Shown here: positions 16,277-25,670 of the stretch, one piece after another | Layout: each line of letters begins with the position of its first letter | Position numbering within the stretch: the first letter of the stretch is position 1 | Virus record (IMG/VR): IMGVR_UViG_3300026311_000663 | DNA length: 39,410 nt | Origin: a virus | Reading direction: 5' to 3' (one strand) | Position numbers and translations under genes: made by a program | The notes under the pieces: generated by a model | The model's database searches: none | Seen by the model: the letters and a program-made list of their open reading frames with translations, nothing else | What the model was told of the DNA's origin: nothing

Positions 16277-17254
16277 CTAGGAAACCGCGGTTTTTGCGGT
16301 TTCTAAGTTCTTGGGTGCAGCCCAACCCTCTTTCTTTTTCGCTTGTACCATAGTGAGTATGTTATAGCCGAAGTCTGTCAAGTCATACCAATATGTCACA
16401 CCGTGCCGTACAGGAACAACTATCCCGCGGGCTTTGCATCGTTTCAAGACTTCTTTCCAAACGTAGTTTTCAGGCTTGTTCACCCAATCGTTTGAAACTT
16501 GACCTTTTTGCTGGAGCATTTCTATAAAGTCTATGTCTTTGTCGTTTAGCCTTCGGAAAACTTTGGTTCCTTCATTTTCTATTTGAGCATCATCTATTTG
16601 CTGCATAAGTTCATCCACTAACGCGGTTCTCATTTCGTCGTATTCTCTGTATACGTCTATTGGCGCGTTTGTGATGTCAAATTCGTGGATCCACGTTTTG
16701 TCTTGTCTGCTTTGCCAGCCGTTGTAGTTTTGTTGCCAATCCACTTTATCGTATTTCGCGTGTTTTGGGCGGTCTAAGTATACTTCGTGAGTGTACTTTT
16801 CTTGAAGCTGCAAAGTGACTCCGCCGGGGTTACCCATGGAAGCCATCATAACTGCGACTTTTGTGCCAAGTGTGTCCCATGCTCCTTTGACTATATCCCA
16901 TGCGGGTTCATGTTGTGTTTTTGCTTTGTTGCATTGGGCGCCAAAGTCGTCGGGTAAAAGTAGGGGTACACGGCTATGTAACCCGTTTAGGGTTGGTAGG
17001 CGGCAGGGTTCGCCTTTCTTCATTTTATATAATATACCGTTTAAGTTGAATACGAAGGCTTGCAGTACAAGGTCCCAATCTTTGTATACGTCGAATCCTA
17101 CTTTAAGTTGCACTGTTGTTTTGCCTGTTCGGGGTTTTCCCCAACAAACAATCCACATCCAGCTATCGTCTAAGATTGCGTTCCAGACGTCGCGGCATAA
17201 CGGAATTTTCTCTTTCATTTCCTGTTGTGTTGGTATGCGGATTTTTTCGCTCAT
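16277..17254 (-). CDS. P-loop ATPase with C-terminal wHTH, putative assembly/packaging ATPase
   Basis: Walker A GKPRTGKT; Walker B LLLPDD; C-terminal wHTH-like segment (VLKRCKARGIV..YWYDLTDFG). Confidence 0.75.
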   Translation of the reverse strand: MSEKIRIPTQQEMKEKIPLCRDVWNAILDDSWMWIVCWGKPRTGKTTVQLKVGFDVYKDWDLVLQAFVFNLNGILYKMKKGEPCRLPTLNGLHSRVPLLLPDDFGAQCNKAKTQHEPAWDIVKGAWDTLGTKVAVMMASMGNPGGVTLQLQEKYTHEVYLDRPKHAKYDKVDWQQNYNGWQSRQDKTWIHEFDITNAPIDVYREYDEMRTALVDELMQQIDDAQIENEGTKVFRRLNDKDIDFIEMLQQKGQVSNDWVNKPENYVWKEVLKRCKARGIVVPVRHGVTYWYDLTDFGYNILTMVQAKKKEGWAAPKNLETAKTAVS

Positions 17255-17655
17255 AAGGTGCCGCCTCCTCTGTATCTTGGTTTTACTGTTAAGTCTGATT
17301 CTCCATAGCCTGCTTCGTGGAGCCCGTTCATTATGGTTGTGAAGATTTTGTCTGCGTGTTGCTGTTTAAAGCTGTGTGTGGCTGCTTGCAGGTATTCTCT
17401 TTGTTGTGTGTAGTTGTAGCCGTGAGCTTTTATTTTTCCCACGTTATTGAGTATTGGATCTATTTCTGGTGATATTTTTTTTAGTATTTTTGGGGATAAA
17501 ATAAAGTAGAGTGTCATTAGGCTTTGCCAGTAATTAGTTATGTTTCCGCTGTTTCTTGCTAATATTACGTCTATTAGTGCTCTCATTAACACATTTTGGT
17601 ATGTGGGCGTTAAAAATGGGCTATTTTCTGTTTTAAATTCAGACATTAATATCAA
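17251..17655 (-). CDS. Hypothetical helical protein coupled to the ATPase gene
   Basis: Stop overlaps the ATPase start. Confidence 0.7.
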   Translation of the reverse strand: MILMSEFKTENSPFLTPTYQNVLMRALIDVILARNSGNITNYWQSLMTLYFILSPKILKKISPEIDPILNNVGKIKAHGYNYTQQREYLQAATHSFKQQHADKIFTTIMNGLHEAGYGESDLTVKPRYRGGGTL

Positions 17656-17751
17656 TTAAATAATATATATTGTTTAATATTATATGTTTTTCGTGAATTA
17701 ACCTGTATTTTAGGATAATAATATATACACGTTAGTATTTAATATTAAAAT

Positions 17752-18219
17752 ATGAATCCGTTTAAAGCCTTTTGGAATCGTAGCGAAACTTTTGAGTTCC
17801 AAAAAGAACAAGCATTAACTATGCAGCAGGGCGGCGAACAACCCCAACAGGATCCAATCGAAGCGATTAAGCAGGCAGAACGCGAACGGGAAATGATTAG
17901 CGACCAGAAACTAAGCGAGTTCCTTCTTGCGCACCCTTCACTTCACAGTTTCATTCCTGCATTGTCACCTGTAAACCGCACAACCAAACATATCAGCAAA
18001 AACGACGCTCACATTCAATGGTTGGACTTTGAAATTTTGTGTATCATGGAGGAAATGTGTATGCTGCCAGAAGAATATGAGTCTGGCGGCTTAGAGATTT
18101 TGCAGGGCCTAAAAATTTTTGCAAGTACACAAATCAGCGACGGCTACGAGGGCTGGAAAGGCAGCATCTTAACGGAGCAACGTAAAAGGTTTGTTTCAAC
18201 TTTACAGAAGGGGAAATAA
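17752..18219 (+). CDS. Hypothetical protein, first gene of the rightward morphogenesis operon
   Basis: ATG after an AT-rich divergent promoter region (17656-17751). Confidence 0.7.
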   Translation: MNPFKAFWNRSETFEFQKEQALTMQQGGEQPQQDPIEAIKQAEREREMISDQKLSEFLLAHPSLHSFIPALSPVNRTTKHISKNDAHIQWLDFEILCIMEEMCMLPEEYESGGLEILQGLKIFASTQISDGYEGWKGSILTEQRKRFVSTLQKGK

Positions 18220-19134
18220 ATGGCGCCTGGCATTGAGTGGATGAATAGTGTTTTTTGGATGTGGATTGCCGCGATCATTGGGGTTGTGGCGTTAGTTGGT
18301 TTTCTTGTTTACCGTTACTATTTGGAGCCGCCTATAGCGCGGCAGTTTACGTCTTTGAGGTGGAAAAAGTTTGCTTCTGTCGGCTTCATTCAGGATGATT
18401 CTAACACGGTTCATTTAGTTACTACTGATACTGAATTGCCTGAAGGAGTGATTCACACTAAACGTGGTTGGTTTCTGCGTAGCCGTGCACCGTACATGTC
18501 GCATAATCGTGTTGAAGAAAAATTGGATAAGAAAGAAGTAGCTGTTAGAGTGTATGAGCAGGTTAAAGCGGATTTGCTGGAGAAAGGCATTGAAGTTTCT
18601 GATGAAGCGTTGAATGTTATGGTTAAAGATAAAGTGGATGCTTTACTGCGTACGCAAAACGGCTATAAAGGTAAGAGGGGCAGGGGTAGACCGCCTAAGA
18701 CCAGTGAAGTTGAAGATGAAGATTACGGTGTTTATGAGGATGGGTTAAAGACTGTGTTGCAGGCGCCGGTGTTGGCTGGGTTAGGTAGGTCTGTTTTCTT
18801 TGGTTATGAAGGGGCGCCCTTAGTTGGTAACTTGAAAACTTTGGCTTTAACTGGTAACAACGCGGTTGAAGTAACTAAGGAGTCGGATGATAAAAAGAGT
18901 TGGCGTGTTACGGTTAAGAAAGTTGTTGCTCACGCTGATATGCGGATTCTTAAAGAGATTATTCCCGCAACTATTAGTAGGACTCAGTTGGCGGCGTTGC
19001 ATAATTATAGTTTGAATAAGGGTTATTTGAAGCGGGGCGGGGACCAGATGAAACTAATTTTCATAGCTATTGCAGCGGCTATTCCTCTTGGTGTCATGGG
19101 GTTAGTTGTTTACTTAATACTTAATGGAGCATAG
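18220..19134 (+). CDS. Membrane protein with terminal TM helices and an AT-hook-like motif
   Basis: TM VFWMWIAAIIGVVALVGFLVY; KRGRGRPPK; C-terminal TM LIFIAIAAAIPLGVMGLVVYLIL. Confidence 0.75.
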   Translation: MAPGIEWMNSVFWMWIAAIIGVVALVGFLVYRYYLEPPIARQFTSLRWKKFASVGFIQDDSNTVHLVTTDTELPEGVIHTKRGWFLRSRAPYMSHNRVEEKLDKKEVAVRVYEQVKADLLEKGIEVSDEALNVMVKDKVDALLRTQNGYKGKRGRGRPPKTSEVEDEDYGVYEDGLKTVLQAPVLAGLGRSVFFGYEGAPLVGNLKTLALTGNNAVEVTKESDDKKSWRVTVKKVVAHADMRILKEIIPATISRTQLAALHNYSLNKGYLKRGGDQMKLIFIAIAAAIPLGVMGLVVYLILNGA

Positions 19135-19136
19135 AG

Positions 19137-19715
19137 ATGTCGGTTAAGTCTTTGATTTTGGATAAAATTCGTACGGTTGCGAAAGCGCAGTTTCCACGGG
19201 TACCTGACAACGTGATTTCAAACTTCATAGATAGCCAAGTTAAACTGTTAGAGGAAAGCGATAGCATAGTTTACTGTGAAACATGCGGGGTAACTTTTTA
19301 TTTAGGCAAGAAAAACGCTCAGTTAATAGTTGTCGACAACACTTTTCTGGATTTTAAGATGTTGGCTTTTCGGCATGCGTGGGACACAGGCCACAAAGTA
19401 AAGATCAGCATCAGATACTTTAAGCAGCAAATTTCCAAGTTGAATAAGATGTTTCCGCTGAAAGATTACTTACCCATTTTTGATGAATGGAACGACATCG
19501 ATTATAGTGTGGTTGTTGAGAAACGTCGTGAGTACCTAAAAAGTAGGGGTGATAGCCGCGCTTACCAACCGTTTGACGTTAACTGGGACCTTGATAGTCG
19601 CTGTGTCTGTAGTGTTTGTGGAGCTGCACATTATGACCCGAGGGATGCCTGTTTTTGTTGCAGAGAGGGTAAGGGGTGGTTGCCTGTTGGGGAAGTGGAA
19701 AAGATTGTTGTCTAA
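19137..19715 (+). CDS. Zn-binding hypothetical protein
   Basis: CETC..H and CSVC..CFCC. Confidence 0.65.
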   Translation: MSVKSLILDKIRTVAKAQFPRVPDNVISNFIDSQVKLLEESDSIVYCETCGVTFYLGKKNAQLIVVDNTFLDFKMLAFRHAWDTGHKVKISIRYFKQQISKLNKMFPLKDYLPIFDEWNDIDYSVVVEKRREYLKSRGDSRAYQPFDVNWDLDSRCVCSVCGAAHYDPRDACFCCREGKGWLPVGEVEKIVV

Positions 19716-20007
19716 AAAATTTAGGGGTATACTCTTTGTTTTGTTGTTGTGTTTCTGCTTATTCTATTTCATGGGCGGCCCTAACTTGGTTGACGGCTTA
19801 ACAAGTGGGTTCTCTACTGTCAGTGACGCACGGTTTGGTGTGACAGGTTTGTTTTACGCGGGTTTCTTACTTACAGGTTTTATGGGGTTGTTTAGCATGT
19901 ACCGTTTTCGGATGGTTAAACAGCGGTGCCTGTTGGGCGCGGTTATGGCTTTGTTTAGTTTTTTTGGTGTTGAAGTCTTATTTTTCGCTGCAAAAGGAGG
20001 ACTATAA
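19708..20007 (+). CDS. Small three-TM membrane protein
   Basis: TTG at 19708 overlapping the upstream stop; three hydrophobic segments. Confidence 0.6.
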   Translation: MSKKFRGILFVLLLCFCLFYFMGGPNLVDGLTSGFSTVSDARFGVTGLFYAGFLLTGFMGLFSMYRFRMVKQRCLLGAVMALFSFFGVEVLFFAAKGGL

Positions 20008-20125
20008 TGTATAAGGTTAAACGGTTTATTTTAGGCAGAATAGTTTGGAACCTTGTAGTTTTACTTATAGGTCTAATAGTAATGTTTGAAATCGTAAAGG
20101 ATGATTTCGAAAAAAGATTAAGGAG

Positions 20126-20524
20126 GTGGGTAATGGGTTGCCGAGTTTGAAGGTTGTGTCTTTAGTTGTTGTTGCTTGTTTGGCTGCGTGTTTGGTTGGC
20201 GGCGTCGTTGCGTTTCAAATGTGGGCGGGGCAGATTAGTTGGCAGTATGAACAGATTAACATGGATTTCACTGTTGCAGGTGAACAAAACATTGATTTAG
20301 GTTTGGTTGTGGGGCAGGAAACAAAAACAGTAACGTACACGGTGTCTAACACGGGGAATGTACCTTGTACTGTTGTTGCTTCAGCTGAATTGTCGGGTGA
20401 TGTAACAAGCAGTTGGGACCACACAGAAGCAGCGTTGGCGGTTGGCGCAGAAGCAGAGTTCACTTTGTCTCTTGTGATCAGCGGGGAAGGGCATGTTCAA
20501 GTGCAATTTAACCTAAAAGAATAA
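20126..20524 (+). CDS. Membrane-anchored Ig-like beta-sandwich protein
   Basis: N-terminal hydrophobic helix; TVTYTVSNTGNVP..AEAEFTLSL pattern. Confidence 0.65.
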   Translation: MGNGLPSLKVVSLVVVACLAACLVGGVVAFQMWAGQISWQYEQINMDFTVAGEQNIDLGLVVGQETKTVTYTVSNTGNVPCTVVASAELSGDVTSSWDHTEAALAVGAEAEFTLSLVISGEGHVQVQFNLKE

Positions 20525-20575
20525 CCCTTTTTTTAGAAAAATAAAATATATAACGTGTGGGTATGTATAAAATAG

Positions 20576-21091
20576 GTGTGTTTAATGGGTAAACTTTGGT
20601 TAGTAGGCTCTGTTCTGTTTTGTGCTGCATGGGTCTGTTTTATTGCAGTAAACCAAGGCTACTGGGATGTATCTTTTTTAACTATCCAGCAAGACGGAGA
20701 CACCTTTAATTCTACACAGGGTTTAATTGAGTATTTGCAGAGGGACAGTTTAAGTGACCGCGAATGGACTGCAAAGTATACCTGTGACAACTTTGCTAAA
20801 GACTTTATTGTGCGGGCTGAAGAACAAAACTATTACTGCTTCAGATACCATGTTTTGCAGAATGATAATTTAATAAAGTTTAATTCGGCTGTTGCAGGTA
20901 TACGTGTAACTAAACAGGTGCCCGATGGATTTGAAACAAGGTCGTATTCGGTTGCTCCTTTTGTTTCTGGTGTTGGCCATGCAGTGGTTAAAGTAACAGT
21001 TGGCGGTGCGGAGTTGCTTGTTGACCCACAAACCGATGTGGTATTAACATCAAACTTTGAGGTAGTTTATAAAGGAGAAATAACTGAGTAA
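20576..21091 (+). CDS. Membrane-anchored papain/transglutaminase-fold cysteine protease candidate
   Basis: N-terminal TM; YTCDNFA (Cys), GHAVV (His), LVDPQTD (Asp) in the correct order. Confidence 0.65.
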   Translation: MCLMGKLWLVGSVLFCAAWVCFIAVNQGYWDVSFLTIQQDGDTFNSTQGLIEYLQRDSLSDREWTAKYTCDNFAKDFIVRAEEQNYYCFRYHVLQNDNLIKFNSAVAGIRVTKQVPDGFETRSYSVAPFVSGVGHAVVKVTVGGAELLVDPQTDVVLTSNFEVVYKGEITE

Positions 21092-21095
21092 AAAT

Positions 21096-21254
21096 TTATT
21101 TTATTGTTTTTGCGATTGACGTTGCCGCGTTTGCTGCTATGCCGAAAGTGGCTACTCCAACCATCGCCCGTGTTCCTGTATTCAACATCTTCACTGAATC
21201 GTCTATGCTGCTTTTGTGTCTCCGTAGTTTTCGCCGTCTCTTTTTAGTTACCAA
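21096..21254 (-). CDS. Small basic-then-hydrophobic protein (52 aa)
   Basis: TTG start with GAGGTGA RBS; MVTKKRRRKLRRHKSS...AMVGVATFGIAANAATSIAK. Confidence 0.6.
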   Translation of the reverse strand: MVTKKRRRKLRRHKSSIDDSVKMLNTGTRAMVGVATFGIAANAATSIAKTIK

Positions 21255-21266
21255 ACAGATCACCTC

Positions 21267-21578
21267 TCACATCAAATTATCCAGGTAATCTTGCATGCTT
21301 CTTTTTTTCTTTCGCTTCAAAACTGGTTTAGGCTTGTCTTGTTGGAATAATCCGAAGGGGTCTGGTCCGTCTGTTCTGATAAATGATGTTCCACGTCTCT
21401 TTTTTGTGTAGGCTGCTTTTCTGCCTTCTGTTTTGGCGCGTTGCAGTCTGGCTCGGTTGTATGCTTCTTGGTACTCTGCTTGTTCTCTGCCCCGTTGCTC
21501 TGTTGCTAGTTGTCTGCGTTCGCGGGCTAAAGCTAAGCGGTTTGAGATTCCACGTTTAATTTTGGTGCCTAACCCCAC
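21267..21578 (-). CDS. Highly basic protein, putative nucleoprotein
   Basis: Arg/Lys-rich (KRKKKR, TKKRR). Confidence 0.65.
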   Translation of the reverse strand: MGLGTKIKRGISNRLALARERRQLATEQRGREQAEYQEAYNRARLQRAKTEGRKAAYTKKRRGTSFIRTDGPDPFGLFQQDKPKPVLKRKKKRSMQDYLDNLM

Positions 21579-21682
21579 TGTGTTTCACTTCTCTATTTTA
21601 TTATTTAACGTAAGAAAACCTTATAAGCTTTTCTAACGTAAAAGATTATTATTAAAGCTATTACAGAAGCGGGGTAAAACAT

Positions 21683-21850
21683 TTGGCGCCAAAAAAAACA
21701 AGACGATTCGGAACAAAAATCACCAGTCATCCAGACGGCAAAAGAGAATACATGCGCGAGTACATGGTGCAGTACCGACGGGCAGAACGTGAAATGATAC
21801 AGGCATACAAAAAAATGTTCAGAAACAAAAAGATGGGAGGTAAAAGATAG
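21683..21850 (+). CDS. Small basic protein (55 aa)
   Basis: TTG start; KREYMREYMVQYRR motif. Confidence 0.5.
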   Translation: MAPKKTRRFGTKITSHPDGKREYMREYMVQYRRAEREMIQAYKKMFRNKKMGGKR

Positions 21851-21962
21851 TTGGGTAAAATAGAGAAGTTAACAAAAGAAGGATGGAAAAAATTAGCCGA
21901 CAAAAACTATAAACGCAAAATGCGTTGTTCCGCAACGGCTGATTTAGAGAAGGTGAAAAGCC

Positions 21963-24900
21963 GTGGTTAGGCCAGATAACGCGCCTAAACGTGATCAAGC
22001 CAGAATAATTGCGGCGACAGGACAAGCTGATATAGACGCGCAGCAACGTGCTTTAGCTGAGGGAGGGCAAGAAGCGCTTTACCGTGAACAGGTCGCGCAG
22101 CAGTTAGCAGCTAATAGGGTTAATCTTGAACGGAGAAAGGAAGCTGGGCAAATCAGCCAAACACAGTATGACCAGCAACTAAAGCAGCAACAGGATATGG
22201 TTGAACGTAATAGCCAATTTTATGGGGAAGCGTTGAAAAGTTCTGTTGATGCAGGGGTTTCTCGTCACAGGGCAAGTGACCGCGCGTCTGGCCAGATTGG
22301 GGAAAGCCACAGGTTTTATCGGGAAATCGGTTACAGCCAATATGCAGGACGCTACGCGCCCTTTGAAATCCCCGAAGGCCACGAAGTTCGCGGCATCACT
22401 GAGGGCCCTGAAGGGTTGAATATCACTTTTGTTGATCCAGTGGCTGAGCAGCAAGCTAAAAGTCAAGCTATGGCTAGTGACATGTTTTATAAGGGGATAG
22501 GTTTTGGGCAGTACGCAGGGAAATATGCGCCTTTCAAGATTCCTAAAGGCTACAAAGTTAAGAACATAACCGAAGGACCATCTGGGTTAAACATAGAGTT
22601 TTATGATCCAGTGGCTGAGCAGCAAGCTAAAAGCCAAGCTATGGTCAGTGACATGTTCTATAAATCCATTGGGTTCGGTCAGTTCGGCGGCAAATACGCA
22701 CCCTTTGAGGTTCCTAAGGGCTTAAAAGTTAAGAACATAACTGAGGGACCCACAGGATTAAATATTGAGTTTTATGATCCTGAGTTTGAAGCGTCACAAG
22801 CGGCTAGCCACGCCTTTTTTAGTTCAATAGGTTACAGCCAATTCGCAGGGAAATATGCACCCTTTGAGGTTCCAGCGGGCCACACAGTACATAGTATAAC
22901 AGAATCTGAGTCTGGCTTAAACATCACGTTTTTAGGTCCCCAAGTTTTAGGGGCATCAACTCCCACAAGCCAAGCGGCCGCCCCTGAATTGTCTAATATT
23001 GAGAAAGTGCTTATGGGCGACTTAACTATTGACTTTCTTTCTGACACAGAAAAACAGGAACTTTACATGATGACAAGCAGCCAAAGTATGGCGCCGATAA
23101 TGGCTTTCCGCAATTTTGCTATACAACAAAAACAGGATTCAAAAGATGGGTTCACAGATACATTGAAAGAGGGAAAAACCGCTGCAGCCGCCACATCAGC
23201 AGGCGGCATACTTAAATCGATTGAGTTAGCAGAAAAAAGTGTAGCTAAAGCAGCTGCGGCAACAACAAGCGGGTTAATCGTTAATCCTTTAGGGAGTGAT
23301 CCCTCAGTAACACCTATTTTAAAGCAGGGACAAGGCCAAAGTTTATGGGTAAACAAAGACTACGAGGCAAAAGTGACCGAGTCAAAACTTGTTATGCCTT
23401 CAGTTGCACAGGGAAAACAAATTTTTACAGAGTTAAAAAATGTTTTTGAAGCACCATCATCAATAGCTGAGGCTGAAGCGCGAGGTCTAAATTATTATAT
23501 TCCCGCCTCTGAAAAATCAGAGTTTATAGCTGGGGCAGCGTTAAGTTTAACGCCGCAGTTCCAAAAAACATACACGATTGAATCAAAGGCAAAACCCGAT
23601 TTAGGGTTAGGCGCTACTATGTCAGCTTATTCGCAGGGCGCAGCAAACATTTTAACGGCAGCAGCAGGAGAAAATCCAGTGGTAAACGCGTTGATTGGAA
23701 ACGCCAGGGGACTAATTGATTTCGGGGCAGGAGTAACCGCAACCGTTGAAAGCTCAGTTTACGGTACAGGTGCCCTATTTGGTAGCGCAAAAAAAAGTTT
23801 AGAAACAGGTAAACTACAATATAGTCCTGGTTTTGAAGCGTTCGGAGTTAAAACCCCCGTTCTTATGCCGACCACAACAGGGGTAGTAGTAAGCGGAATC
23901 TTGGGGGATAGTGGAGGAGTAGAATTTTATGCAAGTCAAAGCTACGGTTACAGAATGGGATCAGCATTAGGCGAAGCAGGTTTGATGGCGGTAGAAAGCG
24001 TAGCTTTCGGGGCTGCTTTAGGTAAAGTTAGTCGGGTAGTTAGAGGTGCAAAAGCGACAGAACTGAAAAGCGCAACAGAGTTTAGCCGAGCAGTAACAGA
24101 AGGACAAAAAACAACCATAAAACGGTTCACCCAGTTTGAAACAAAAACGGTTAGACTAAAAGGCGCGGACCTGGATTATTACAGCCGCTACAACCTGCAA
24201 ACTCTGCAGAAAGCACGGTTAGACATGGCAGGTACACAGAACATTAAAACAGTAAAGTTAGATGTCGCAGGGTTCCCAGAGGAAATAACGGTTTTTGGTA
24301 AAGCCGCTGAATCAACAAGAAGCGCTAACCCAGTTTTAGCAGCATTAAAAGGTGAAAGGTTAGCCTATGGCAAAGTAGGCCAGTACACCCGTGGAATATC
24401 TAAAACAACAATAAAAGCGCAGGGGCCAATAAAAACGGCTGGAAAAACCATAAAACCAAGCACTACACTAAACAAAAGTGTGGTATTAGACAAATCTTTT
24501 GTTGCGTTACGTGAACCCACAAAGTTGTCAGCGCGGAAATTCACAACTATAAAAGCGTCTGGGTTAGCTGATGACTTAGAATATTTAGCTGCAGCAAAAG
24601 CAGTTCCAGATAACTTAGCTACACAAATCTACAAGAGATTAGGCGGCTCATACAGGCAATTTGTTGATGGAAAAGTTACACCGCCCAAAAACTTGTCTGG
24701 CCCAATGAAGCCGCTAAGAGATAGTATAAGTGCACCTAAACCCGGAGAAAACATAGCTAAAATCTTTGAAACTTCACAGGCAATCAAGAAGCAGGGCACA
24801 ACCTTAAGGGAATACATTGATATAACAAGACGATCCTCGGCTATGAAAACCGGCACAAACCAGTTTTTCAGATCAACAACCAAAACAGCCACAAAACTTG

Positions 24901-25667
24901 AAACAAAACCTCAAACCTTGGGGAAAGCAGCCGTTACTTTAGAACGTGCAATTGTCAGCGTTGAAACTAAAACTAAAACTGCAGCGGCCCCAATCATGCA
25001 TTTTCCATCAGCACAAAAAACAGAGTTACAAAAAACAGTTAAAGAAAAACAGCCTTACCCAACACTTAAGCAGCCTTATATCCAGCGCCTAAGACAAAGA
25101 GAAGATGAAGAACAAGTTTATCTTTCTTATCCGGGGCAACAGCTCCGTGTAGAAACCCCAACAAAAACTGTGGTTACACCAGTTTTAACTCCAAGATCCA
25201 CTTATCTGCAAACTTCCACTGTCACTTTGCCAACTATGACGCAGATACGAACTCAACCTGTAACAGCTCCAACTAAAGAGAAAACAAAAACACCAACACT
25301 CATACGTCCAATAACTACACCTAAAACCGCGCCGTTAACAACGCCAGTTATAACGCCGTGGCAAACACCGAAAACAGCCCCATACTCTACACCGTTTTTT
25401 GGTCAAACCCAAAAATTAACTCCCAAGCAAATGACAACTACGGCGCTTCAATTTTCGCCGCCTGCAACCACCAAAACATTAACTGCACCCGTGCCTTTTA
25501 CGCCGCCTTTTTCACATCAGAAACCACGAAAAAGAACAAGAGGCATATTTGGGTTATGGCGAAAACAAGACAACCCAGTTAAAACGTCTGCAGCCATGCT
25601 TAAAACATTCGGTTTACTCGGCTCTAAGAAACCTGTAAAATCTAAACGTAAAAAAAGTAGGAGATAA
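21963..25667 (+). CDS. 1234-aa putative virion protein with four internal repeats and a Thr/Pro/Lys-rich tail
   Basis: Long ORF; N-terminal coiled coil; 4 x ~55-aa repeats; basic C-terminus KSKRKKSRR. Confidence 0.85.
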   Translation: MVRPDNAPKRDQARIIAATGQADIDAQQRALAEGGQEALYREQVAQQLAANRVNLERRKEAGQISQTQYDQQLKQQQDMVERNSQFYGEALKSSVDAGVSRHRASDRASGQIGESHRFYREIGYSQYAGRYAPFEIPEGHEVRGITEGPEGLNITFVDPVAEQQAKSQAMASDMFYKGIGFGQYAGKYAPFKIPKGYKVKNITEGPSGLNIEFYDPVAEQQAKSQAMVSDMFYKSIGFGQFGGKYAPFEVPKGLKVKNITEGPTGLNIEFYDPEFEASQAASHAFFSSIGYSQFAGKYAPFEVPAGHTVHSITESESGLNITFLGPQVLGASTPTSQAAAPELSNIEKVLMGDLTIDFLSDTEKQELYMMTSSQSMAPIMAFRNFAIQQKQDSKDGFTDTLKEGKTAAAATSAGGILKSIELAEKSVAKAAAATTSGLIVNPLGSDPSVTPILKQGQGQSLWVNKDYEAKVTESKLVMPSVAQGKQIFTELKNVFEAPSSIAEAEARGLNYYIPASEKSEFIAGAALSLTPQFQKTYTIESKAKPDLGLGATMSAYSQGAANILTAAAGENPVVNALIGNARGLIDFGAGVTATVESSVYGTGALFGSAKKSLETGKLQYSPGFEAFGVKTPVLMPTTTGVVVSGILGDSGGVEFYASQSYGYRMGSALGEAGLMAVESVAFGAALGKVSRVVRGAKATELKSATEFSRAVTEGQKTTIKRFTQFETKTVRLKGADLDYYSRYNLQTLQKARLDMAGTQNIKTVKLDVAGFPEEITVFGKAAESTRSANPVLAALKGERLAYGKVGQYTRGISKTTIKAQGPIKTAGKTIKPSTTLNKSVVLDKSFVALREPTKLSARKFTTIKASGLADDLEYLAAAKAVPDNLATQIYKRLGGSYRQFVDGKVTPPKNLSGPMKPLRDSISAPKPGENIAKIFETSQAIKKQGTTLREYIDITRRSSAMKTGTNQFFRSTTKTATKLETKPQTLGKAAVTLERAIVSVETKTKTAAAPIMHFPSAQKTELQKTVKEKQPYPTLKQPYIQRLRQREDEEQVYLSYPGQQLRVETPTKTVVTPVLTPRSTYLQTSTVTLPTMTQIRTQPVTAPTKEKTKTPTLIRPITTPKTAPLTTPVITPWQTPKTAPYSTPFFGQTQKLTPKQMTTTALQFSPPATTKTLTAPVPFTPPFSHQKPRKRTRGIFGLWRKQDNPVKTSAAMLKTFGLLGSKKPVKSKRKKSRR
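22314..22934 (+). repeat. Four tandem intragenic repeats (171, 171, 159 and ~120 bp)
   Basis: F(Y/F)xxIG(Y/F)xQ(Y/F)xG(R/K)YAPFx(I/V)PxGxxVxxITExxxGLNIxF repeated at 22314, 22485, 22656 and 22815. Confidence 0.92.
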
Positions 25668-25670
25668 ACT

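Noticed and set aside
21963-25667. Tail tape-measure protein of a head-tail virus
   Set aside because: No terminase, portal, HK97 capsid or tail-tube genes are recognisable in the window
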